Part shown: one piece after another, positions 48,401 through 55,907 of the stretch
Position numbering within the stretch: the first letter of the stretch is position 1
Layout: every line of letters starts with the position of its first letter
Source of the DNA: Cenarchaeum sp.
GTDB taxonomy: Archaea; Thermoproteota; Nitrososphaeria; Nitrososphaerales; Nitrosopumilaceae
Assembly (NCBI GenBank): GCA_963693095.2
Contig: OY843768.1
Span: 1,152,001-1,216,000 of the forward strand
Reading direction: 5' to 3'
Length of the DNA: 64,000 nt
Position numbers and translations under genes: made by a program
The notes under the pieces: model-generated
Told to the model about the DNA's origin: nothing
What the model saw: the letters and a program-made list of their open reading frames with translations, nothing else
Databases searched by the model: none

Positions 48401-48507
48401 TAACGCATGATGCCGAGATATTTGGCGAGGCGCCAGTGGAGAGGTGCTATAGGTTTGAGCCCGGCGAGCGCGGGACCGTTGTGTCAGAGCTTGGCCGCGG
48501 CGACTAG
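45448..48507 (+). CDS. rad50: Rad50 ATPase with internally triplicated coiled-coil arms
   Basis: GPNGAGKSS, Q-loop RQGE, zinc hook CPVC (~46915), LSGGE, LDEPT, THD. Confidence 0.93.
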   Translation: MIIEVELVDFLSHGTTSVKFGPGMNVIVGPNGAGKSSIVDAITFAFFGKHTRKVNKLLIRHGATSGYATVIFEVGDRRFMATRKLKTGGAATPTLYEWSDKTWVNVAAGERRQMDESTTRVIEDIVGMDFEKMQIASIIRQGELADIVRESPKEFKTRINDIIGNSDLDVADGMMADLLAGFRNSIRDRLGHDDLHLPTITAELEDDRAESQKAGAEMRALAAERAEAEAGIKALEDEASRAEEGARARGELEARSAELAKYASEAGREAAADRDRIAGEAAECRRRLGECEAGGGGGADAMRSRAAAIEAELARAEEGSRARGELEARGAELAKYASEAGREAAGDRDRIAGEAAECRRRLGECEAGGGGGADAMRSRAAAVEAELTRAEEGARASGELDVRRKELAGHAKQRGREAAADRDRIAGVAAECRSLLDVARTAGEVATRLEEARHELEAEAELVTSDEKKTAALEEQTVIAGRLTLKDGKCPVCDSRVSSLNPLFAIEHIKDEMERTLADTRVHKEAVKRHTSRIDELTVQERQAMKAKSALDAHNVSSVDDIEAMSKRAVALEETISMAEACARGDWQAGAGIDSQARAHCEAIASLEETAGRAGARPVEELESELTAVRHAIDAVTFLEAHSVGGAADIDAMERRAEALGAVAEMAEACARGDWQAGAGIDSQARAHCEAIAALEERVAGAGGRPAGEIRAELEAVRRAIDAATFLEAHSVGGAADIEDMERKAEGLDAVVGMAEACARGDWQAGAGIDSQARAHCEAIAALEETAGRAGGRGVAEITAELKDAKAALDGVNRRHGGAEQRARALADSISKNGRLSAELETVSAYVRRLDSIRDVFRRDGPVATSMRSWALDEIARGSTEHLGLLDTRINRITLSEKDRNVTVTCHAGVTTSGVYSLSGGEQVCVALALRLGMARLLGPSGPRYVILDEPTAHLDEERRKALAHVLTNLSGASEGRAPMQFIMITHDAEIFGEAPVERCYRFEPGERGTVVSELGRGD
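46168..46750. repeat. 222-bp (74-aa) tandem repeat, ~2.6-3 copies, N-terminal arm of Rad50
   Basis: CGCGCCGAGGA.GGC recurs at 46168, 46390 and 46612; copies 1 and 2 nearly identical. Confidence 0.92.
47090..47850. repeat. 264-bp (88-aa) tandem repeat x3, C-terminal arm of Rad50
   Basis: ATGGCCGAGGCGTG.GCGCGCGGCGACTGGCAGGCC recurs at 47179, 47443 and 47707. Confidence 0.92.
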
Positions 48508-48992
48508 CCGCCTGTGAGCTTTGCAAATTTTGGGTTCTTGCTCAGGTTTTCCATGAACTCAATGTTGGATAGCGCGACTATTGCAGAGTCGACTACTGGC
48601 TTGTCAGCATCGCCTAGGGCAGACTCTAGGGCCTTGCGCGACTCGGGTGAGCCGATCACCCCAAGCGCAATGGCGGCCTCGTGGCGCACAAACATGCTAG
48701 AGTCCCCAAGGGTTGCGTCTGCTAGCGGCGCCACGCATGACGAGTAGCACATCTGACCTAGCGAAAAGGCCGCCTCGTGGCGCACGAGCTCGTTTGGGTC
48801 ATCCTTGAGCACGCGCGCAATGTGGGGAACCTTGTCCTCGCCCCCAAAGTCCACGAGGATGCAGGTTGCGCGCGTGCGAACCACATAGTCATTGTGGTCT
48901 AGAAGAGCCACAAAATAGCCCGTGTCCTTGGCCTCATACCGTGACTCCATCTCGGCGAACGTGCGCATCCTCTCCTCGGTTACTGCCTGCAA
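48504..48992 (-). CDS. HEAT/PBS-lyase repeat protein (DOHH-like)
   Basis: Two VRHEAA motifs; TTG start at 48992, TATA at ~49018-49025. Confidence 0.85.
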   Translation of the reverse strand: MQAVTEERMRTFAEMESRYEAKDTGYFVALLDHNDYVVRTRATCILVDFGGEDKVPHIARVLKDDPNELVRHEAAFSLGQMCYSSCVAPLADATLGDSSMFVRHEAAIALGVIGSPESRKALESALGDADKPVVDSAIVALSNIEFMENLSKNPKFAKLTGG

Positions 48993-49437
48993 CGGCGCGC
49001 GTCGTCTAGCGCCCCGTATTATACATTGGCAGGCCCGCGTCCAAAACACCCGTGCAGTGCAGATCGATCCATCTTGCAACGATCCTGCCGCAGCAGCCAC
49101 TGCCACGGTGGCGCGCATGGCGACATCTCGTGCCGTGTCAGCCTCCCGCCCGTGTGCTGCCACCTCCCACAATTGCCAACTAGCGGATCATCAACGTTGT
49201 GTCACGAGTGTGCCCTGAGGAGATCGCATGGGCATTGGCGTCAGGGGAGCCAATGTGCCAAGCGCTGCTAGCCATGGTATGCCACGCTGACAGGCCAGAG
49301 CGGCATTTCCAAATTGGTCTAGCGCACCACCTGCCAGACAGCACACATGTGATGACACAGGGGCAACTGTTGTCCAACGAGTCTTCAATGAATTCCTAAA
49401 CCAGTCAGGCGCCTTTGTGATTTTAGCAGCACGTTGG

Positions 49438-49959
49438 CTATGACGCAACAGAGGGCAATCCCATACGCGAGATAGTCATGTCCCTAACCTCGTCAAACCG
49501 CCCGTCAAGATGAGCCTGACCCTTTTCAATATTCACAAGTCTAGAATCAACCACCTGCATTTGATCTGCCCGTTCCTTTCGATCTTGCGCACGCTCGTCC
49601 TGGCGATCCTTGAGATCCTGCGCACGCTCGGCCTGGCGCGCCTTGAGATCCGCCTCACGTTCGTCCTTGTGTGCCTTGAGATCCTTCTCGCGCTCGGCCT
49701 GGCGATCCTTGAGATCCTGCGCACGCTCGGCCTGGCGATCCTTGAGATCCTTCTCGTGCATGACATTTCTGTTCGCGATCTCGCCGTCGAGCTTGTCGCA
49801 CATCTTGTTGATCGCCCCAAGGAACTCCTTCCGGTCTTCCTCACGGTCTTTCTTGCGCTGCTGTTCTGTTGCGCGAGCCCACTTTCGCGTCTCTATTGCG
49901 ACGTACATGATGACTCCGAACAGCGACAGCGCTATTGTGAGGAATGTTGCCTCGATCAC
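49438..49959 (-). CDS. Membrane-anchored coiled-coil protein with 11-aa repeats
   Basis: Hydrophobic N-terminus FLTIALSLFGVIMYVAI; DLKDRQAERAQ-type repeats x5; TATA-like TTATATTGAAAA upstream. Confidence 0.75.
   Translation of the reverse strand: MIEATFLTIALSLFGVIMYVAIETRKWARATEQQRKKDREEDRKEFLGAINKMCDKLDGEIANRNVMHEKDLKDRQAERAQDLKDRQAEREKDLKAHKDEREADLKARQAERAQDLKDRQDERAQDRKERADQMQVVDSRLVNIEKGQAHLDGRFDEVRDMTISRMGLPSVAS
49585..49755. repeat. Imperfect 33-bp tandem repeat x~5
   Basis: CCTTGAGATCC recurs with a 33-bp period. Confidence 0.85.
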
Positions 49960-50202
49960 GTCAAGCCTTGAGCAATTTTCAATATAAGCATATCCGGGGC
50001 ATCAGGCGTGGACTCGCAGAATATCGGCAGGCGGCAGGAAATATCCCAATCTTGCCCATGGGGCGCCCCGTGGCAGCCACGCCCACGCACGCCATGATCC
50101 CCGCTAGGCAGGCGCCCCCACACAGACTGCCAGTCACACAAGGGGGGAATAGGATTTGACCCGTTAAATTTATCAACGAATAGGTTGTGAGACAGGGCAG
50201 GC

Positions 50203-51012
50203 ATGGACACGCACATGGAGTCCCACGTAGGCGCCGCAGGGCAGCACCCACAGACGAGGGATGCCAAGTGCGTCTATCATGGGACAAGGTGCCTAGTTCC
50301 ATGCGACGGCGAGATTGTGTGCAGACTGTTTGGCAATGTCGTGGGCAGGGTGGAGGAGTCAGACATTGCCCACAGCGATTCGCACGAGTTCCCCTCGGCC
50401 AGGTTTGGCGCGGGTGCAGTTTCTGAGTCCCTGGGAACCGCAAGCCCAAAGATCGGGGGCAAGGCTCGAAAAGTCTACACGAAATACGATGGAGACCGCA
50501 TTTGGAGATATAGGATAGGCCATATCGCCGACCATTTTGGCATAGGAAGATCAGTCAGGAGCGAGATAGAGTTTGTCTTTTCTCAACTCAGGCGCAAGAC
50601 CAACCGCAGGCCATCGCACATACTATTTTTCGCAGTTTACAACACGTGCAGGGAAAGAGGGGCATGTGTGGTGAGTGAGCACGAGTTGCGCAAGGTAATG
50701 TGCCATTGCTGCAACCTTCAAAGCATGCACAGCGCATTGAAGATATACGGGATGTTTGCCGTGGAAGCACGGAGGCTTGGGCTGTACAGTGGACACAACA
50801 CGTCTGGATTTTACTTTAACACATTCCTCAACACGACTGCCAGGGCACTTGACCTAGACGAGTCAGACAGGCAGGCCCTGTGGAGAAAGGCCCACCAGCG
50901 ATACTTGCTCCTTCCTGCATCCATGAGTGAAAAGTACCGCACGAGAAGCACGTTTCGCGCAGTGCTAGGAAAGCGCGTGTTTGAGTCCATAAAGGGCGAG
51001 GTGAAATACTGA
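50203..51012 (+). CDS. Divergent, truncated transcription factor B (TFB/TFIIB)-like protein
   Basis: CVYH...CLVPCDGEIVCRLFGNVV resembles the TFB Zn ribbon (CxxC...D..GE.VCxxCG.V); IGHIADHFGI..SVR.E...VF and FFAVYNTCRERG resemble cyclin repeat 1; only the start of repeat 2 is present. Confidence 0.65.
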   Translation: MDTHMESHVGAAGQHPQTRDAKCVYHGTRCLVPCDGEIVCRLFGNVVGRVEESDIAHSDSHEFPSARFGAGAVSESLGTASPKIGGKARKVYTKYDGDRIWRYRIGHIADHFGIGRSVRSEIEFVFSQLRRKTNRRPSHILFFAVYNTCRERGACVVSEHELRKVMCHCCNLQSMHSALKIYGMFAVEARRLGLYSGHNTSGFYFNTFLNTTARALDLDESDRQALWRKAHQRYLLLPASMSEKYRTRSTFRAVLGKRVFESIKGEVKY

Positions 51013-52136
51013 TGAAAAAGGCAGGCATTGAGAGTGGCAAGATACACATGTTGAGGATAGATGATCTAATTCACGCGCCGGTGCCCATACACGTGCATTC
51101 ACAAAAGCAGATGAACCACATTTCAGCCAAAATGCTCAAGGATGAGCAAGAAAAGACCATACTAGTTGCGGCCCTAGGCGATCAAATGTACATAATAGAC
51201 GGGCACCTAATGGCCGAGGTTTACCGCAGAAATGGCAGGAAGGCCATAGCGGCGAGGGTCTGCACCGCCAAAAACGAGCAGGAAGTCATCGCCATGCACA
51301 TACGCCATAACATGAGCAACCCTCCCAACCCCGTACAGCTCCTCGAGGCAATAATGTACATGAGGGAACGCAGTGAGACTGACGAGGAGATATGCGACAG
51401 CCTAAACATGAACAAGGGCACAGCGGGGATACTCAAGCTGAGCGTCAATGCGGATGCGCTAAACGAGATGAGGGGGGTTATCGAGGACGTCTCAACGGTC
51501 TACTATTCGATCCACCACACATTTCCCATGTATCTCCTAGAATGGGTCTTCAAGCAGCACATAGAGCGCCAGCACGATGCCGCAACTGCGCTACGGCAGG
51601 TAGTCGCAGATTCCTGCAAGGGCCTTGAGCACAAGTTTGTCTGGCCCACAATAATGGAGGTGCGCATCAGGCAGAGCTACAACGGTGATGACAAGGATGC
51701 AGACGCCGGACCAGTTGGAATACCCCTGAGGGTCCATAGCGACGGAGCCAGGGGGAGGCCTTTGGGGAGCAGCAGCGCATCTGACGTCATAAAGGAGGCG
51801 CCCGGCACAAGCGAGTTGAGCCACATAAACGACAACACCCCCACATCGCGCAGGAGGGTGGTGTTCAAGTGCCCGCACGGCTCGGTGATGTATGTCGACG
51901 GCAAGTCGCGCGCGTACCATTTGGACGATGAGGGCGCCGACAATGTCACCTACATGCGGCGCCTAGACGACGAGGAGGGCGTGTACCAGATATCCGGCAG
52001 AACGCTGAGGTTTCTGCGCGCAAAAAATGGCAAGGTATGCCTCAAGGAGTGCACGCCGACGCAGCTTGCAAAGCTGGTCACAAAGATCAAGAAGGGGCGG
52101 ATAAATGTCTGCATTCTTTCCTCAGAGAACCTTTGA
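51012..52136 (+). CDS. ParB/Srx N-terminal domain protein with HTH, degenerate CTP-binding box
   Basis: L.IDDL, TILV.......YIIDGH, A.HI.HN...NPV, EEICDSLNM (HTH); start overlaps the upstream stop (TGATG). Confidence 0.72.
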   Translation: MKKAGIESGKIHMLRIDDLIHAPVPIHVHSQKQMNHISAKMLKDEQEKTILVAALGDQMYIIDGHLMAEVYRRNGRKAIAARVCTAKNEQEVIAMHIRHNMSNPPNPVQLLEAIMYMRERSETDEEICDSLNMNKGTAGILKLSVNADALNEMRGVIEDVSTVYYSIHHTFPMYLLEWVFKQHIERQHDAATALRQVVADSCKGLEHKFVWPTIMEVRIRQSYNGDDKDADAGPVGIPLRVHSDGARGRPLGSSSASDVIKEAPGTSELSHINDNTPTSRRRVVFKCPHGSVMYVDGKSRAYHLDDEGADNVTYMRRLDDEEGVYQISGRTLRFLRAKNGKVCLKECTPTQLAKLVTKIKKGRINVCILSSENL

Positions 52137-52953
52137 TAGCGGGATATTCGCCCCACAGGGGCAATGCCGCAGCGTGGCCGATCAGGCAAACGTGCTTGTG
52201 AACCTGCGGGCGATCAAGCGCAATGGCCGGATGCACAACCTGCTCTGCCTTTTGCATCTCGCAAACGAGCACTCTTGGGGGCCAAGTGTGGTCATATCTC
52301 CGGGGGACGTGCGAAATTTTAGGAATTTTCGCGGTCTAGCGCACTCGACGAGCCTAGTGGACGTAAGGCTGTGCGCCACGGAGGGTGCGGCCCCATACGG
52401 GTTTACGCGCCTCACGGACACGCGTGGAGACGGGATTGTCGCATCAGACACAGGCGGGCGATTTGTCTGCATGCGGCTCACAACCATCGGGCGCTGGATG
52501 GCATTTGGCCTGTTGTGGGACATGAGCCCATTTGCGATGTGTGTGGCAGCAGTAATCAACGTGGCCATTACGCAAAGTGGGAAAAACTGGACAATCTGCA
52601 AGGACTCTTGCACGTGCCATGGCACACGGATAATCGGAGTGCATGAAAAGAGAAACTGGAACCCGAGCCCGTTAACGGCACTAATGTGCTCACGAAAGTT
52701 TCCCGAATGCAGCAAAACCAAGATTATGCGCGCGCTGAGGGAACTTGAGAATTGCGGGATGATCACAATTAGCAAGAAAATGCGCTGCGCCATCATAAGG
52801 TCAAACCCCGATCATCCCCTATTGTCCTGCCATGCGCACATACTTGCCAGGCTAGCAACGGTCATTAACGACCAGGACACCCTAGAGAACGCAACACGGC
52901 ACGTAAAGTTTGTGCAGCCGACGCCGAGGAGATCGAGTTGTCAGAGATCATAG
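52105..52953 (+). CDS. Hypothetical protein with C-terminal winged HTH
   Basis: SKTKIMRALRELENCGMITI wHTH signature; overlaps both neighbours; start uncertain. Confidence 0.55.
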   Translation: MSAFFPQRTFDSGIFAPQGQCRSVADQANVLVNLRAIKRNGRMHNLLCLLHLANEHSWGPSVVISPGDVRNFRNFRGLAHSTSLVDVRLCATEGAAPYGFTRLTDTRGDGIVASDTGGRFVCMRLTTIGRWMAFGLLWDMSPFAMCVAAVINVAITQSGKNWTICKDSCTCHGTRIIGVHEKRNWNPSPLTALMCSRKFPECSKTKIMRALRELENCGMITISKKMRCAIIRSNPDHPLLSCHAHILARLATVINDQDTLENATRHVKFVQPTPRRSSCQRS

Positions 52954-53615
52954 CCGATGCGGCAGGTGCCATCCTGTCAGCCGGAATGGTCGGCTCGGCA
53001 GCATGGTTTGACCTGCGCGAAAGGGGCATCCCGTACGGCATGTTAGCAGTCATCGGCATTGCGGCGGCAGTGTTTATGGCAGTCCGATGGATCGCGCTAG
53101 GCATGTGGCCATCAGGCCATGACATTGTGTGGATGGCCATCGCGTGTGCCGTGTCCCTCACAATGCTCTTTCGCGGCACGCTAGTTGCGCGTGGCGACGC
53201 GCTGATGATCATGATAACAGGCACACTAGTTCCGAGCATAGTCGGGATTCCGGCCCTTCCCATGGCAATGGGAATCGCCCTAGGAGTGGCCATCGTGGCG
53301 CACATTGCAGGCACCATAGTGCCAAACTTGGCAGAGCTAGCGCGAACCGGCCGCGTGTTTGCTGGTGTGGACGAGTCGGCGATCCGCAAGGCCGCAGCGT
53401 TTCTTGTGGTGCACAGGAGAAGGAGCGGCGAGAGGTTTTGCTTTGCGGCCGAGGCGACTAGTGGCGGGCGCAGGAGGCTCGTGCTCCTGCCCGGCTCCCT
53501 CGATGACGCCGACATTGGCGCGCAGACCGTGTACGTGATCTCCGCAATACCGTTCATGGTTCCGTATCTTGTCGGCGCAATCGCCGTCGCCGCGCTCGCC
53601 ATTGTCGCCATTTGA
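52938..53615 (+). CDS. Type IV prepilin/preflagellin peptidase (A24 family)
   Basis: First TM ends in WFDLRER.IP (Asp1), ARGDA (GxGD-like Asp2), multi-TM, C-terminal IPFMVPY as in FlaK/PibD-type peptidases. Confidence 0.75.
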   Translation: MSEIIADAAGAILSAGMVGSAAWFDLRERGIPYGMLAVIGIAAAVFMAVRWIALGMWPSGHDIVWMAIACAVSLTMLFRGTLVARGDALMIMITGTLVPSIVGIPALPMAMGIALGVAIVAHIAGTIVPNLAELARTGRVFAGVDESAIRKAAAFLVVHRRRSGERFCFAAEATSGGRRRLVLLPGSLDDADIGAQTVYVISAIPFMVPYLVGAIAVAALAIVAI

Positions 53616-54623
53616 GTCAGTGCAATTTAGCTCATGCGCAGTGGTGAGTATTAGCTCGAGCACGTCACCTACCCTGTCTAGCACGGCCATTGCGAGTCGA
53701 AGCACTGCGCGATCATCAGACCCCTTGGTGTACCGGCGAATATAGTCACGCGTGAATGCCCTAGTGGATCCCGTGCCATACATCTCAGACAGGACACATG
53801 AGGAAAGCTGTGCCACTGCCTCCTGTATTGGATCCTGGCAAGCCTTTAGCCGTTTGCCAGAGCGCGCTAGCACCATATTGTCAGCTGCGTGGCTTATCTC
53901 GTGAAAGAACACTCCTGGGTCTTCGGTTCCCAGGCGTATGACATGCAAGTTTGTGTCATAGCTTCCCATGGTCGTTTCACTGGGATCCACCTGGTAGCGT
54001 ATGGGGATTCCCCATTTTTGGGCCACATTGGAGAGTGGCGGTGCCTGTGCGGGCATGTACTCGGGCAATGATGCGCCCACCGTGTCCTCCACTCGAAACT
54101 CTGGCTGGCAGCCAAACCCCCGAATGGTGCGAGTCACACGGGATTCTGGTTCGCGCCCAATCGCGCCCGGTGAAAGGGAGAGGCCGCACATGCTGCAAAC
54201 AAACTCGCGTGTGGCCTTTTTGTACCAAAGGCGCACCTTGTGCGTCGTCTTGTCAGAACATTTTTTGCACGAGTACGAATATAGCGGCTTTATGATATAG
54301 ATCGCCGATCTGCGCGAAATGATCTTTCTGTCTACACGGTTCCACTGGGAAATGTTGCGCGCGTCAAACGTTCCCTGTCCCACCATAAGAACACGGTTCT
54401 TGAGTGACCATTTCATGCACGGACGATCGTCCTTCGGATCCCCGATAAAGCTGATTTTGCTGATCGTCTCCGTTATTTTGCCGCTCTTGAACTCATCGAC
54501 GATCCTTTGGAGGATAAGGTCAGCGCGTTCGGTGTTGCCCGAGCGCCGTCCACCTGCGCGCGCACTGTTGCGCCGTGCGCCCTTTGCTCCCCTTGCCCCA
54601 TCAGCGATCCCGCTCACGCCCAA
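53337..54623 (-). CDS. ArdC-like protein: ssDNA-binding N-domain, Zn-finger insert, zincin (MPTase) domain
   Basis: WSLKNRVLM..Q...DAR...QWN...RKI......IYIIKP (ArdC-N), CKKC...CSMC, FFHEISH, QEAVAQLSS..L...YG...YI..Y; the last ~90 codons overlap the peptidase gene antisense. Confidence 0.75.
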   Translation of the reverse strand: MGVSGIADGARGAKGARRNSARAGGRRSGNTERADLILQRIVDEFKSGKITETISKISFIGDPKDDRPCMKWSLKNRVLMVGQGTFDARNISQWNRVDRKIISRRSAIYIIKPLYSYSCKKCSDKTTHKVRLWYKKATREFVCSMCGLSLSPGAIGREPESRVTRTIRGFGCQPEFRVEDTVGASLPEYMPAQAPPLSNVAQKWGIPIRYQVDPSETTMGSYDTNLHVIRLGTEDPGVFFHEISHAADNMVLARSGKRLKACQDPIQEAVAQLSSCVLSEMYGTGSTRAFTRDYIRRYTKGSDDRAVLRLAMAVLDRVGDVLELILTTAHELNCTDSNGDNGERGDGDCADKIRNHERYCGDHVHGLRANVGVIEGAGQEHEPPAPATSRLGRKAKPLAAPSPVHHKKRCGLADRRLVHTSKHAAGSR

Positions 54624-54776
54624 AGAGGGGCAATTTTTGATTTAAGGAGGCACAGGCCCTGCAGGTCAGGCCGGCCATGAACACGGTCACGGGGCCGGCA
54701 TGGCCAAGCCGCACCGGCCATAGTCGCGCGCCCGTGCGATCAGTTTTATAATTCCCAAATCGGTGTCTGATTCACC

Positions 54777-55808
54777 ATGAAAAAGGGGTCCATTGCAAAA
54801 AGGCTGTGGTCGGGGAGAAGGCGCTCCAAGGAGGATCACGCGTCTGATGAGCGCAAAGTCGAGGAGATCAACGGCAAGAATTTTGTGTGGATAGACCTCC
54901 AGAATCCCGACAGGGAGAACGTCGAAAACCTTGCCTCAAAGTACAAATTTAACACGCTAAACGTGGAGGACTGCCTGACAAAGTTTGAGCTTCCCAAGCT
55001 CGATGCGTATAACGACCACATGTTCCTGATATTGCACTTTCCCCCGCTTGTGGCCAGGCAGGCAATTCCAAAGCACAACCAGCTCTCGATATTTGTGGGA
55101 AAGGACTTTCTCATAACTGTCCACCAGGGAAACCTAAAGCCGCTCGTTGACCTAGTCAAGACGTGCAAGACCGGAATTGATCCTGAAAGGCGAGATCGAC
55201 TCATGTCAAGCTCCACTGCAGTCCTGCTCCATGAGATAATTGACGTGCTAGTTGATGACCTGCTCCATACGCTCAGGCGCGTCATGGCAAATCTTGATGA
55301 CATTGAGGATGATGTCTTTGATGAGAGCAAGTCTGTCGCAAAGAACATCCACGTGTTGAGGCGCGAGATCACCGTACTGCGCAGGATAGCTAGCCCACTA
55401 AAGCGCATAGTGCTCGGCGCGGCCAAGAACATAGCAAGCTATTCGCCAGAGGAGGATCTGACGCTATACTTTGATGACGTGATCGACCACATAGACAAGG
55501 CCATAGACACGCTAGAGGAGTCAAAGGAGACCATGGAGATATACAAGGACACAGACTTTGTGCTAAGCACCGAAAAGGCCAGCAAGGTTCTAGCTGTCCT
55601 GACGATCATATTCACGCTTGCAATACCGGCCACGGTGATAGGAACCTTTTACGGCATGAACGTCAGCCTTCCCGGAGGCATTGGCGATGCGGGCGGAACG
55701 TCCGCTGACGGATCATACAACACGTTCTTTGCCGTCATTCTAGCCTCCATAGTGCCTGCGAGCATCATGTACCTCTACTTTAGAAAGCTCGGATGGATGA
55801 GCGGCTAG
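54777..55808 (+). CDS. corA: CorA family Mg2+ transporter
   Basis: WIDL.NP, YF.DV.DH, YGMNV signature, two C-terminal TMs; TTTTATA promoter at ~54744-54750. Confidence 0.93.
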   Translation: MKKGSIAKRLWSGRRRSKEDHASDERKVEEINGKNFVWIDLQNPDRENVENLASKYKFNTLNVEDCLTKFELPKLDAYNDHMFLILHFPPLVARQAIPKHNQLSIFVGKDFLITVHQGNLKPLVDLVKTCKTGIDPERRDRLMSSSTAVLLHEIIDVLVDDLLHTLRRVMANLDDIEDDVFDESKSVAKNIHVLRREITVLRRIASPLKRIVLGAAKNIASYSPEEDLTLYFDDVIDHIDKAIDTLEESKETMEIYKDTDFVLSTEKASKVLAVLTIIFTLAIPATVIGTFYGMNVSLPGGIGDAGGTSADGSYNTFFAVILASIVPASIMYLYFRKLGWMSG

Positions 55809-55907
55809 CCGCCGGGGCAGCCTTCCAGGCCAGAGACGCCGTTGCGATCCTCGGGCACAGTCGGGCATTGTGCGCATCTATTCTAGAGGGTTAGTACGTG
55901 TGAACTG

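Larger units (their letters stand above)
49438..54623. mobile_element. Accessory island (possible relic or domesticated integrative/conjugative element); no integrase or att site seen
   Basis: Visibly lower GC than flanks; non-core genes (ArdC-like, ParB-N, prepilin peptidase, divergent TFB) inserted between the HEAT gene and corA. Confidence 0.55.

Noticed and set aside
49030-49437. ~400-bp gap at the island's left edge, examined for att sites, an integrase remnant or a pseudogene
   Set aside because: No direct repeat matching the right edge (54625-54740), no tRNA fragment and no recognisable protein motif in the short ORFs.
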